DNA of 64,000 nucleotides from an uncultured Solirubrobacterales bacterium (GTDB lineage: Bacteria; Actinomycetota; Thermoleophilia; Solirubrobacterales; Solirubrobacteraceae): positions 259,119-323,118 of the forward strand of contig CAVPMQ010000003.1 in assembly GCA_963706565.1 (NCBI GenBank), written 5' to 3'. The notes below the pieces were generated by a model. The model had not been told where the DNA came from, did not search any database, and saw only the letters and a program-made list of their open reading frames with translations. Made by a program: the position numbers and the translations under genes. Below are positions 29,223 to 38,144 of the stretch, piece after piece; position 1 is the first letter of the stretch, and each line of letters begins with the position of its first letter.

Positions 29223-31163
29223 ATGAGATCGAAAATGCTCACTGCTGCGGTGACGATCGCTGCGCTGGCACTGCCGGCGTCGGCGATGGCCAGTCCCGGG
29301 TCTGGAGGCTCAGGACAGGCGCAGCAGTCAAAGCAGGCCGCAGCCACGCTGCAGGCAGCCCTGTCAGCGGCACACGCCAAGCAGAACGCAACCAACGCGA
29401 ACGCTCCGGTCAACGTCGCCGGCGGCGACATCTCGGGCGGCGACAACAGCGCCAACCAGACCGCCACCAACGGCGCCCTGAGCGCAGCCGGCAACGCGGC
29501 CGGTACGCACCAGAGCAACAACCAGACCCAGTCGACTTCGGGCTCCGGCTCGGGGTATGGGTCGGGCTCCGCTCCGGGGTACAAGTCCGCTCCGGAGTAC
29601 AAGTCCGAGTCGGCTCCGTCCGCGGGGTCGGGCGGCGCTGGCCAGGCTCAGGCATCTGAGCAGGCGGCGGCTACCGCCCAGCTCGCGGCCTCCAAGGCCA
29701 AGGCCGAGCAGAACGCGACGAACGCCAACGCTCCGGTCAACGTCGCCGGCGGCGACATCTCGGGCGGCGACAACAGCGCCAACCAGACCGCCACCAACGG
29801 CGCCCTGAGCGCAGCCGGCAACGCGGCCGGTACGCACCAGAGCAACAACCAGACCCAGTCGGACCCGCCCTCGGGCCCGTCGATCGGGTCGGGTGGCTCC
29901 GGCCAGGCACAGCTGTCCGCGCAGAAGTCGCTGACCGCTCAGCTGGCGGCCTCCAAGGCCAAGGCCGAGCAGAACGCGACCAACGCGAACACGCCCGTGA
30001 ACGTCGCCGGTGGCGACGTCAACGGCGGTGACAACAGCGCCGACCAGACGGCCACCAACGGCGCCGCGAGCCTGGCCGGCAACGCGTCGGGAACGCACCA
30101 GAGCAACGACCAGAGCCAGTCCGCCGACTCCAGCTGCTACATCGGATGCGGCGGCGCGGGCCAGGCCCAGCTCTCCGAGCAGAAGTCGCTGACCGCCCAG
30201 CTGGCGGCATCGAAGGCCAAGGCCGACCAGAACGCGGTCAACGCGAATGCCCCCGTGAACGTCGCCGGTGGCGACATCTCGGGCGGCGACAACAGCGCCA
30301 ACCAGACGGCCACCAACGGCGCCCTGAGCGCCGCCGGCAATCTGGCCAACACCGACCAGAGCAACAACCAGACCCAGTCCGCCGACTCCAGCTGCTACAT
30401 CGGATGCGGCGGCGCGGGCCAGGCCCAGCTCTCCGAGCAGAAGTCGCTGACCGCCCAGCTGGCGGCGTCGAAGGCCGACGCAAACCAGAACGCGGTCAAC
30501 GCCAATGTTCCGGTGAACATCGCGGGCGGTGACGTCTACGGAGGCGACAACAGCGCCAACCAGACGGCCACCAACGGCGCCTTCAGCGCCGCCGGCAATC
30601 TGGCCAACACCGACCAGAGCAACAACCAGACCCAGTCCGCCGACTCCAGCTGCTTCATCGGATGCGGCGGCGCGGGCCAGGCTCAGCTCTCGAGCCAGGA
30701 GTCGGCCACCCTGCAGGCGGCCCTCTCCAAGGCGGACGCTCACCAGAACGCGGTCAACGCCAACGTTCCGGTGAACATCGCCGGCGGTGACATCTACGGA
30801 GGCGACAACAGCGCCAACCAGACGGCCACCAACGGCGCCTTCAGCGCCGCCGGCAATCTGGCCAACACCGACCAGAGCAACAACCAGACCCAGTCCGCCG
30901 ACTCCAGCTGCTTCATCGGATGCGGCGGCGCGGGTCAGGCCCAACTATCGGGCCAGGCCGCGCTCACGTTGCAGGGAGCGTTGTCCAGCGCGAATGCGAA
31001 CCAGAACGCGGTGAACGCCAACGTTCCGGTGAACATCGCGGGCGGTGACATCTACGGAGGCGACAACAGCGCCAACCAGACCGCCACCAACCTCGCCGGC
31101 AGCCTAGCCGGCAACTTCGCCAACACAGGCCAGACAGGAGGGCAGGACCAGTCATCGAGCTGA
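29223..31163 (+). CDS. Secreted Gln/Asn/Ala/Ser/Gly repeat protein, 7 repeats (putative fibre or amyloid-like major subunit)
   Basis: AAGGAG RBS; Sec signal ending ASAMA; seven copies of QNAxNANxPVNxAGGDxxGGDNSAxQTATN; CYIGC/CFIGC loops. Confidence 0.85.
   Translation: MRSKMLTAAVTIAALALPASAMASPGSGGSGQAQQSKQAAATLQAALSAAHAKQNATNANAPVNVAGGDISGGDNSANQTATNGALSAAGNAAGTHQSNNQTQSTSGSGSGYGSGSAPGYKSAPEYKSESAPSAGSGGAGQAQASEQAAATAQLAASKAKAEQNATNANAPVNVAGGDISGGDNSANQTATNGALSAAGNAAGTHQSNNQTQSDPPSGPSIGSGGSGQAQLSAQKSLTAQLAASKAKAEQNATNANTPVNVAGGDVNGGDNSADQTATNGAASLAGNASGTHQSNDQSQSADSSCYIGCGGAGQAQLSEQKSLTAQLAASKAKADQNAVNANAPVNVAGGDISGGDNSANQTATNGALSAAGNLANTDQSNNQTQSADSSCYIGCGGAGQAQLSEQKSLTAQLAASKADANQNAVNANVPVNIAGGDVYGGDNSANQTATNGAFSAAGNLANTDQSNNQTQSADSSCFIGCGGAGQAQLSSQESATLQAALSKADAHQNAVNANVPVNIAGGDIYGGDNSANQTATNGAFSAAGNLANTDQSNNQTQSADSSCFIGCGGAGQAQLSGQAALTLQGALSSANANQNAVNANVPVNIAGGDIYGGDNSANQTATNLAGSLAGNFANTGQTGGQDQSSS
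29310..31140 (+). repeat. Intragenic tandem repeat, 258-bp period in the distal repeats
   Basis: GCCGACTCCAGCTGC recurs at 30123, 30381, 30639 and 30897, exactly 258 bp apart. Confidence 0.9.
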
Positions 31164-31175
31164 CCTGACCCGGAC

Positions 31176-31226
31176 CGGGCGCCCCGGCGGCCCCCTCGTG
31201 GGGCCCGCCGGGGCCCGCCGGCCTTT
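31176..31226 (+). terminator. Strong GC hairpin after the repeat gene (terminator or mRNA stabiliser)
   Basis: CCCGGCGGCCCC-CTCGT-GGGGCCCGCCGGG stem followed by a short T tract. Confidence 0.5.
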
Positions 31227-31239
31227 CGTGATCCACGCG

Positions 31240-33000
31240 ATGCGAGCTCTCGGACATCCCCTGCTGCTCCCGGCGGTCGCCACGGCCGCCCTGCTGCTGT
31301 TCGTGGCGCCGCAAGCCCGGGCGGCGGACTCGGCGAGCGTGGTATCGCAGGTTCAGGCGGCGGATCTTCCCGCTACCACTGCGGATCCGGCCGCCGCGGC
31401 GGCGCCGACGAACGCTGATATCAGCGCCCCGGCGAGTCCAGATACCACCGATACAAGCTCCGTCGACAACGTTCAGAACACGGTCCAGAGCACCGATCAG
31501 ACGGATGCTCCAGCGGAGCCGGTGACACCTCCTCCCGCGCCGCCGACGCCCCCTCCCCCGCCGCCGACGTCTCCTCCCACGGCACCGGCGCCTTCGGTCG
31601 CGTCGGCGGCTCCCGCTCCGGCCGCAGCGACGAACGCGACCACCCAGGTTGTCTCGCAGGTGCAGGTCGCGGGATGTCTGTCGCACTGTCAGGGCGGGAG
31701 TCAGACCCAAGTGGCGGCGCAGCAGAACCAGACCGTCCACACGCCGGCCTCGACGTCGACTCCGACCTCGACCCCAGCGCCGTCCACCAGCCACATCAAG
31801 CAGGTCCAGGTCGGGTGCGCCAGCGCGTGTTTCGGAACCACGTCCAAGGGCTCGAGCCCCGGGCTGGGGCCGCACGAGCTGTCGGAGCTTGTGCTCGCGC
31901 TCGGCGTCGCCGACTCGCTGCCGACGACGGCGCCCATCAGCGGAGCCGTCCACAACACGGTCTCGCAGACCTCCTCGCAGCTTCAGGTTGGGACCGGCGA
32001 CGCGCAATCCCAGACACAGAGCGCCGCCCAGGCGAACCTCACGATCCAGGCACTCGGCGCCGACCTCGTCGCAAACAGCACCACGCAGGCGATCGCCCAG
32101 ATCCAGATCGGCTGTCTGTTCTATTGCCACGGCACCTCCCAGCAGCAGATCGCGACCCAGTCGAACACGACCGTCGACGTCGCTCCTTCGGCCGCAAGCG
32201 TGTCGACCGTCACAGCTTCGGCCGTGTCCAACGTCACCGACCAGCTGATCTGGCAGTTGCAGGTCGGCTGCCTGATGTGGTGCTGGGACGCGACCCAGGA
32301 TCAGTCGGCATCCAGCGACGACGCGCTGATCGAACTTCCCTCTCAGTGGCCCCCACCCCCGGCGCAGCCGTCGGACCCACAGCAGCCTCCGGACCCCGGG
32401 CCGACGGCCCCCTCGGGCCCGCCGTCGCCGTCCGTGCCGGCGCCGTCCGCTCCGGCTGCGCCGCCGGGTGTCACCGCCCCGCCGCCGTCGTTGGCCCCAT
32501 CGCCGGCGTTCGCGGCCACGCAGTCAACTTCCCCGCCGGCGGCCGGCGCCAACACCCCGACACCGGCCGGCTCGGCGATCGATGTCGGCGGCGTCGTCTC
32601 GGGATCGGTTTGGTCGGGAGCGTGGTCGGAGTCGCTCTCGGCCGCCGGTTGGAGCGTCACCGAGGCGGCGTCGCCGGCGCGCCCGGCCGAGCCTTCCGGG
32701 TCGCGGTCGCGGTCGCGGTCGCCGTTGCCGCCGTCGGCCGGCACGGTATCGGTCGTCCGCCAGGTCGCGACGTCGTCGACCTCGTTCGCCTTGGGCTCTG
32801 CGGTCCACGCCCGCCGAGCGGCCCGGAACGAGCACCGGCACGGATCGGACCCCGCTGGCGCGAAGCCGGCCGGGACGGCGGCGATCGGCGACAGCTCGGT
32901 CGACGGCAGCGCGGACCGAGCGCTCGAGCTGGGGCTGGCAGCGTTCGCGCTCGTCGGTCTGCTGGCCGGGGCTGTGGCATGGCGGCGGCGGATCGGTTGA
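31240..33000 (+). CDS. Secreted, C-terminally membrane-anchored protein with Gln-ladder/CxxxC repeats (putative minor subunit or anchor)
   Basis: Signal peptide ending QARA; repeats QVQVAGCLSHC, QVQVGCASAC, QIQIGCLFYC and QLQVGCLMWC; Pro-rich linkers; LGLAAFALVGLLAGAVA-WRRR tail. Confidence 0.8.
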   Translation: MRALGHPLLLPAVATAALLLFVAPQARAADSASVVSQVQAADLPATTADPAAAAAPTNADISAPASPDTTDTSSVDNVQNTVQSTDQTDAPAEPVTPPPAPPTPPPPPPTSPPTAPAPSVASAAPAPAAATNATTQVVSQVQVAGCLSHCQGGSQTQVAAQQNQTVHTPASTSTPTSTPAPSTSHIKQVQVGCASACFGTTSKGSSPGLGPHELSELVLALGVADSLPTTAPISGAVHNTVSQTSSQLQVGTGDAQSQTQSAAQANLTIQALGADLVANSTTQAIAQIQIGCLFYCHGTSQQQIATQSNTTVDVAPSAASVSTVTASAVSNVTDQLIWQLQVGCLMWCWDATQDQSASSDDALIELPSQWPPPPAQPSDPQQPPDPGPTAPSGPPSPSVPAPSAPAAPPGVTAPPPSLAPSPAFAATQSTSPPAAGANTPTPAGSAIDVGGVVSGSVWSGAWSESLSAAGWSVTEAASPARPAEPSGSRSRSRSPLPPSAGTVSVVRQVATSSTSFALGSAVHARRAARNEHRHGSDPAGAKPAGTAAIGDSSVDGSADRALELGLAAFALVGLLAGAVAWRRRIG

Positions 33001-33109
33001 AGCGCACAAGAAAGAGGCGTATCGTCCGCACCAGGTATCGACACGTAGGTCGCCGCGCGACAGCGGAGTGCTCGGAGCGTGGCGGACCGGGGGTAGTGGA
33101 AGGTTGAGC

Positions 33110-33781
33110 GTGAGCCGCGTGCACGGTCGTAGAGCCATCGTCTCGATGGGCGCATTCGCCCTGATGCTGGGCGCACCCGCGGTCGCGATCGCCGCCTCAC
33201 CCAGCGCCCAGCCCTCGCCCCAGAAGGCCCCGTCGGTGAGCGCCGCCGCGACGCCCGCTCCGGACCCTGCGCCCCAGGCGTCGTCGTTCTCGTCGACGCC
33301 GCACACGACCGTCACCTCGCAGCCGTCCGCCGGCTCGCCGGTATCCGTGTCGCCGACGGTCACTTCGTCGCCGGTCTCGAGCGCGCCGTCTCAGACGGCG
33401 ACGTCCGCTCCGGTCCAAACTCACAATAAGTCCGCGGTGACCGGGCCGACGTCGACCGCCGACTCCACGTCGCCGGCCAAGGCCGTCGCGGCGGCGTCAC
33501 CGACGCGGCCCCGGCCCGCCGCCCATCACGCCGACAGGCCCAAGCCCGCCCCGGTGCATCACCGCAAGCCCGTGGCAAAGCCCTTCGTGCTGTCGCTGAT
33601 GAACCCGCGCGAGCTGCCGCAATTGCCGCTGGAGGCGGTTGCGGCGACTAAGGCGGTGCGGCCGGATGGGATGCTGTTACTGCTCAGCGCGCTCGCGCTC
33701 GGGACGCTCGTGGTCGCCAGCCTGTCGCTGCTGCGTCGGCTGACCCGGCTGCATGACGAGTGGCGGGAGCGGTCGGTTTGA
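33110..33781 (+). CDS. Exported Ser/Pro/Thr-rich protein with C-terminal TM helix
   Basis: Signal-like N-terminus (FALMLGAPAVAIA), low-complexity stalk, MLLLLSALALGTLVVASLSLL-RR. Confidence 0.6.
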   Translation: MSRVHGRRAIVSMGAFALMLGAPAVAIAASPSAQPSPQKAPSVSAAATPAPDPAPQASSFSSTPHTTVTSQPSAGSPVSVSPTVTSSPVSSAPSQTATSAPVQTHNKSAVTGPTSTADSTSPAKAVAAASPTRPRPAAHHADRPKPAPVHHRKPVAKPFVLSLMNPRELPQLPLEAVAATKAVRPDGMLLLLSALALGTLVVASLSLLRRLTRLHDEWRERSV

Positions 33782-35131
33782 TCCGGCGGCGGTACCGGCT
33801 CGCGCTGGTCGGGGCCGTCGTGGTGATTGGGGTGCTACTCGTAAGTGTCGGGATGGCGTTGGCGGACGACATCTCGCGCGACGTGCACAGACAGGTCGGT
33901 CGGCGCCGGCGTGCGACGGCGGCTGGTACGCGAGCCCGGTTTCGGTCGTCTGGCAGGCGAATCCCGCTCCGACGAGCACCGACCGTGCCTGCTTGGCGTC
34001 GTGACCCAGTTCACGACGGACACTGTCACGAAGGTTTCGTGCACTGCGAATTGGCCTTCCGACAGCCAGTCGCGAAGCTACACGCTGCACGTCGAGGCTT
34101 CGAACCCGAGCGCGTCCGCAGTCGCCGTCTCGACCACCGGATGCGAACGGCTGGTACAACCATCCGTTCTCGCGTTTCGTTCCGGGGTAGCGCGTTCTCT
34201 GGGATCGCGTCTTGCAGCGTGCCGGTGACGTACGGCGGTCCCGACACGCTCAACACGAGCGTTGCCGGCATCTGCATCGACCACGCCGGCAAGACCGCGG
34301 GCGCAAGCGTCTCGGTCCACTACGACGCAACCCCCCCGACGATCACCTCGGGCCTCCCCACCCGGGCGCCGGACCACAACGGCTGGTACACGCACCCGGT
34401 CACGTTCGCGTTCAACGGAACCGACGCAACCTCGGGGGTGAGCAGCTGCGCGAACATCACCTACGCGGGCCCGAGCAGCGCCTCGGCCGCGGTGACCGGC
34501 AGTTGCGTAGACCGCGCGGGCAACGTCGCCCGGATGGCGGTGCCGCTGCACTACGACTCGACCGCGCCCTCGCTGGCGGTATCGACCGCTACCGGCGACG
34601 GGTTCGTGGGGCTCGATTGGAAGACAGGTGCCGACGTCGCGCCGCTGACGTACGATCGAGGTGACCCGCAAGCCGGGCCGCCGCGCCGCCGACAGCAGCG
34701 TCGTCTACCGCGGCAAGGCCGGCGACTTCCGCGACCTGCACGTCAGTAACCGAAAGCGCTACCGGTACACGATCACCGCCACCGACCAGGCCGGCAACAG
34801 GTCGGCCCGGGTCGTGTCGATCACCGCCGGCCCGCACCTGATCTCACCCGGCGACGGCGCCCGGGTGGGGGCTCCGCCGCTGCTGACCTGGACCTCGGTT
34901 CGCCGCGCCACCTACTACAACGTCCAGCTGTTCCGCGGCCGGAAGCTGATGAGCATCTGGCCGGACACCACGAGCCTGCAGCTCAAGCGCAGCTGGCGCT
35001 TCGGCCGCCATCACTACAACCTGCGCCCCGGCCGCTACCGGTGGTTCGTGTGGCCGGGCTTCGGCGAGCGCTCAGCCGCCCGCTACGGACACGCGATCGG
35101 CAGCGGGACATTCGTGGTCACCGCACGGTGA
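33778..35131 (+). CDS. Secreted Ig-like/fibronectin-type repeat protein (several frameshifts)
   Basis: Signal peptide; repeated (N/G)GWY..P...C.D.AG(K/N)...V.YD.T.P modules spread over three frames; Fn3-like YRYTITATDQAGN.S. Confidence 0.65.
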
Positions 35132-35157
35132 CCGACCGGCGCGAAACGCCTCCCCGC

Positions 35158-35272
35158 CATGCTTAACATCCCATTCGAGCCGTCCCGCTGTTACCGCGGG
35201 ACGTTCGTCACCTGGGACATGATCAACGTCCCACGGTGCACCGCCAGGCGGTCGAGCGGGACGTTAGTCATG
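35158..35272. repeat. Intergenic palindromic REP/MITE-like element
   Basis: Imperfect 15-bp terminal inverted repeats (CATGCTTAACATCCC / GGGACGTTAGTCATG, 12/15) enclosing two hairpins built from the same RTCCC/GGGAC core. Confidence 0.5.
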
Positions 35273-35280
35273 TCGATCGC

Positions 35281-35734
35281 CTAGCCTAGCCGGCTCCGCT
35301 CGATCTCGCCCACGTGCTCGACGTTGGCCACGTCGTCGCGCTCCTCGCTTGGGCTCCCCGAAAACCAGGCGTCGAGGATCTCCTCGAGCTGCGCCTGCGA
35401 GGTGGCGCGGAGGCTCAGCGCCAGTACGTTGGCGTCGTTCCACCGACGCGCTCCGTCGGCGGTCTGGGCATCGGCGCACAGCGCCGCCCGAACTCCCGCA
35501 ACCTTGTTGGCGGCGATCGAGGCCCCGGTGCCCGTCCAGCAGGCGACGATCGCCTGCTCGGCCAGGCCGTCGACTACCGCGCGCGCGGCCGCCTCGCTCG
35601 CCCACGCCCAGTCGGGGCGTTGCCCGCTCGTCGTAGGCGCCGAGCAGGATCGGCTCGTGGCCCCGGCGACGCAGCTCGGCCGGCAGCGCGTCGGCGATCC
35701 CGGTCAGCTCGTCCGCGGCCAGCGCGATCCGCAC
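35281..35734 (-). CDS. RpiB/LacA/LacB family sugar-phosphate isomerase (frameshift near 35625)
   Basis: VRIALAADE, then in a shifted frame CWTGTGASIAANKV.GVRAALC...AR.WNDANVL. Confidence 0.8.
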
Positions 35735-35744
35735 GAAAGCGAGC

Positions 35745-36128
35745 TCAGACGGCCGCGGCGACCGGCTCGGGCTCGTCGAGCGGCTCGCTGGCGGACGCGT
35801 CCTCGTCGTCGCAGTCGCTGCCCAGCAGCCACTTGAGCCCGTAGGCACGCATGTCCTCGATCAGCGGCACGAGCGCCCGGCCCTTCACGGTGAGCGCGTA
35901 CTCGACCCGCGGCGGGACCTCGGGAAACGTCTGGCGCTCCACGATCCCCTCTTCCTCTAGCGCACGCAGGCGCAGCGAGAGAGTGCGCGGGCTGATCCCC
36001 GCCAGCGAGCGCTCCAGCTCGCAGAAGCGGGACCGGCCCTCGGCCAGGTCGCGGATCACCAGCAGCGTCCATTTGCCGCACACCACATCCGCGGTGCGGC
36101 AGACCGGACAAGTGTCATTCGTTGCCAT
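35745..36128 (-). CDS. HxlR family winged-helix regulator
   Basis: CPV..TADVVCGKWTLLVIRDL, ISPRTLS.RLR.LE and PPRVEY.LT motifs. Confidence 0.9.
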   Translation of the reverse strand: MATNDTCPVCRTADVVCGKWTLLVIRDLAEGRSRFCELERSLAGISPRTLSLRLRALEEEGIVERQTFPEVPPRVEYALTVKGRALVPLIEDMRAYGLKWLLGSDCDDEDASASEPLDEPEPVAAAV

Positions 36129-36136
36129 CAATCCCG

Positions 36137-36165
36137 ATTCTAGCGCAATGCTTCACGAACTGAAG
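36137..36165 (-). promoter_or_regulatory. -10 box and palindromic operator upstream of the HxlR gene
   Basis: TAGAAT (complement of 36137-42) just upstream of the start; CTTCA-N5-TGAAG palindrome at 36151-65. Confidence 0.5.
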
Positions 36166-36242
36166 TGAATGACTTGACAAATGCGGTTCCGTAGCGCGGG
36201 ACGATCCCGGTGCCACACCGCGGAGCGGGCCCTTAACGACGA

Positions 36243-36274
36243 ACGGCCGCCGGCGAGTCGACGCCGACGGCCGT
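36243..36274 (-). terminator. Hairpin downstream of rpoD
   Basis: ACGGCCG.CGGCG-AGTCGA-CGCCG.CGGCCGT. Confidence 0.5.
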
Positions 36275-36293
36275 CGCCAAGGATCAGACGCCG

Positions 36294-37394
36294 CTAGGCG
36301 ACGTCCCTCAGCTTCTGCGCCTCGGCGAGCGACTGAAGCTTCTTCAGAGACTGGTTCTCGATCTGACGAATCCGCTCGCGGGTGACGTTGAACGTCCGGC
36401 CGACCTCGTCCAGCGTCCGCGGGTGCTCGCCGCCGAGGCCGTAACGGAGCTCGAGCACGCGGCGCTCGCGGTAGCTCAGGTTCTCCAAGGCCTCGCGGAG
36501 GGCCTCCTTGGTGAGGATCTCGGCGGCCCGCTCGTACGGAGACTCTGCCCGCTCGTCGGCGATGAACTGCCCGAACTCAGACTCCTCCTCGTCGCCCACC
36601 GGCTTCTCCAGCGAAACCGGCGCTTGCGCGGACCGCTTGATCGACTCGACCTCCTCGGGCTCGATCCCCGTGACCTCGGCGATCTCCTCGGCGGTCGGCT
36701 CACGACCGAGCTCGGTGACGAGCTTGCGCTCGGCCCGGCCGATCTTGTTGAGCTTCTCGACCACGTGAACGGGGATCCGGATGGTGCGGGCCTTGTCGGC
36801 CAGCGCGCGGGCGATTGCCTGTCGGATCCACCAGGTCGCGTAGGTCGAGAACTTGAACCCCTTGCGATAGTCGAACTTCTCTGCGGCGCGGACGAGGCCC
36901 AGCGTCCCTTCCTGGATCAGGTCGAGGAACGGAAGCCCCTGGTTGCGGTAGTTCTTCGCGATCGAGACGACCAGACGGAGGTTCGACTCGACCATCTTCT
37001 GCTTGGCATCAAGGTCGCCCCGCTCGATCCGCTTGGCCAGATCGACCTCCTCCTGAGCGGTCAGGAGGCGAACCTTGCCGATGTCCTTCAGGAACAGCTG
37101 GAGGGAATCGGTCGTCATGTCCGGCTTGAGATCGAGCGCAGTCTTGGGCTTGCGCCGGCCACGACGGTCAGGCGCACGCTCCAGTTCTGCGGCGGCGATC
37201 GCGGGATCCAGCTCTTCGACGAGCTCGATCTCGGCTCGCTCGAGGAAGCCGTGGAGGTCCTCGACGTCGGCCTCGTCGAGATCGAGCTCCGATACCGCGG
37301 TGGCAATGTCGGCGTACGTCAGAACGCCAAGCTGCTGTCCCCGCGTGACCAGCCCTTTGATCTCTTCGAGTTCCTGCAGTTCCGCTACTGACAT
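36294..37394 (-). CDS. rpoD: RNA polymerase sigma-70 factor, RpoD/SigA type
   Basis: Region 1.1-like N-terminus, [35 protein letters not shown] and [10 protein letters not shown]; could be a paralog of the primary sigma. Confidence 0.88.
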   Translation of the reverse strand: MSVAELQELEEIKGLVTRGQQLGVLTYADIATAVSELDLDEADVEDLHGFLERAEIELVEELDPAIAAAELERAPDRRGRRKPKTALDLKPDMTTDSLQLFLKDIGKVRLLTAQEEVDLAKRIERGDLDAKQKMVESNLRLVVSIAKNYRNQGLPFLDLIQEGTLGLVRAAEKFDYRKGFKFSTYATWWIRQAIARALADKARTIRIPVHVVEKLNKIGRAERKLVTELGREPTAEEIAEVTGIEPEEVESIKRSAQAPVSLEKPVGDEEESEFGQFIADERAESPYERAAEILTKEALREALENLSYRERRVLELRYGLGGEHPRTLDEVGRTFNVTRERIRQIENQSLKKLQSLAEAQKLRDVA

Positions 37395-37507
37395 CTCATT
37401 CCGTTTCCGTCGTATGCACCGGTAGCTGGAAGCTTCCCAGCACGGAGGACTACGAAGCGGGCGCAGCCACCAACGGCGTACGCCCGCTACTCAACCATGT
37501 ACTTTCG

Positions 37508-37536
37508 AGTATAGGCGCTATATTTTTTGAAGTCAA
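37508..37536 (-). promoter_or_regulatory. Consensus sigma-70 promoter of rpoD
   Basis: TTGACT-17 nt-TATACT on the minus strand, ~115 nt upstream of the ATG. Confidence 0.7.
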
Positions 37537-37683
37537 CGGCCCTGGGGCGCGCCAGGCGACCTCGATCGCAGGCAATTCGGGCCGGCGCCGACGGCTCGGC
37601 GCCCATCTACTGCATAGCAATACGTAGAGCGTAGCCAGCAGTTTCAAAGTTTCGCGGCGAATTTCTGGGTCGGGACGAGATCC

Positions 37684-38040
37684 CTACGGGCGAGGCAGCC
37701 GCGAGACCGCGTTGCGCAGCGCGCGAGCGCCCGCCGACAGGCCGATCTCAGCGAGCTCGGCTGCCGCCTGCACCGCGGTGCCAAGGATCTCTGCCCCGCT
37801 GGCCGACGAGAACGATCGCGCCCGCGCCGGCTCTGATGCCCGCGGCGACTCGGGCGCGCCGTCCGGCTGCGCGGGCTGCCGCAGGCGCCGCGGCGAGGTC
37901 GGCTCCGGCACCGGCCGCGAAGGCCGCCTCGATGACCCGTTGGCCGGGCGCGGCTTAGGAGCGTCCCGCTTGTCGCTGCGCCGGTGCGGGCGGCGCCGCG
38001 GTAGCCCGCTGAGAACCTCGGATTTCGGCTCGTCGCTCAT
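37684..38040 (-). CDS. Hypothetical Arg/Pro-rich protein
   Basis: 118-aa ORF with an amphipathic C-terminal helix (AVQAAAELAEIGL). Confidence 0.55.
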   Translation of the reverse strand: MSDEPKSEVLSGLPRRRPHRRSDKRDAPKPRPANGSSRRPSRPVPEPTSPRRLRQPAQPDGAPESPRASEPARARSFSSASGAEILGTAVQAAAELAEIGLSAGARALRNAVSRLPRP

Positions 38041-38144
38041 CTCGCTTCACATCATCGCGCACGCGCGAGTCCGGGGCTGAAAATCGACCGCAAGATTCCC
38101 CTCACCGACACACGGCCGGTCTGGTTCTCATATACTTCCGCGCC

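Noticed and set aside
29310-31140. Regular direct repeats as a CRISPR array
   Set aside because: The period is 258 bp, in frame within a signal-peptide-bearing ORF; there are no unique spacers and no cas genes.
32860-33000. Sortase LPxTG signal on the putative anchor protein
   Set aside because: A TM helix and basic tail are present but no convincing LPxTG/LAxTG, and there is no sortase in the window.
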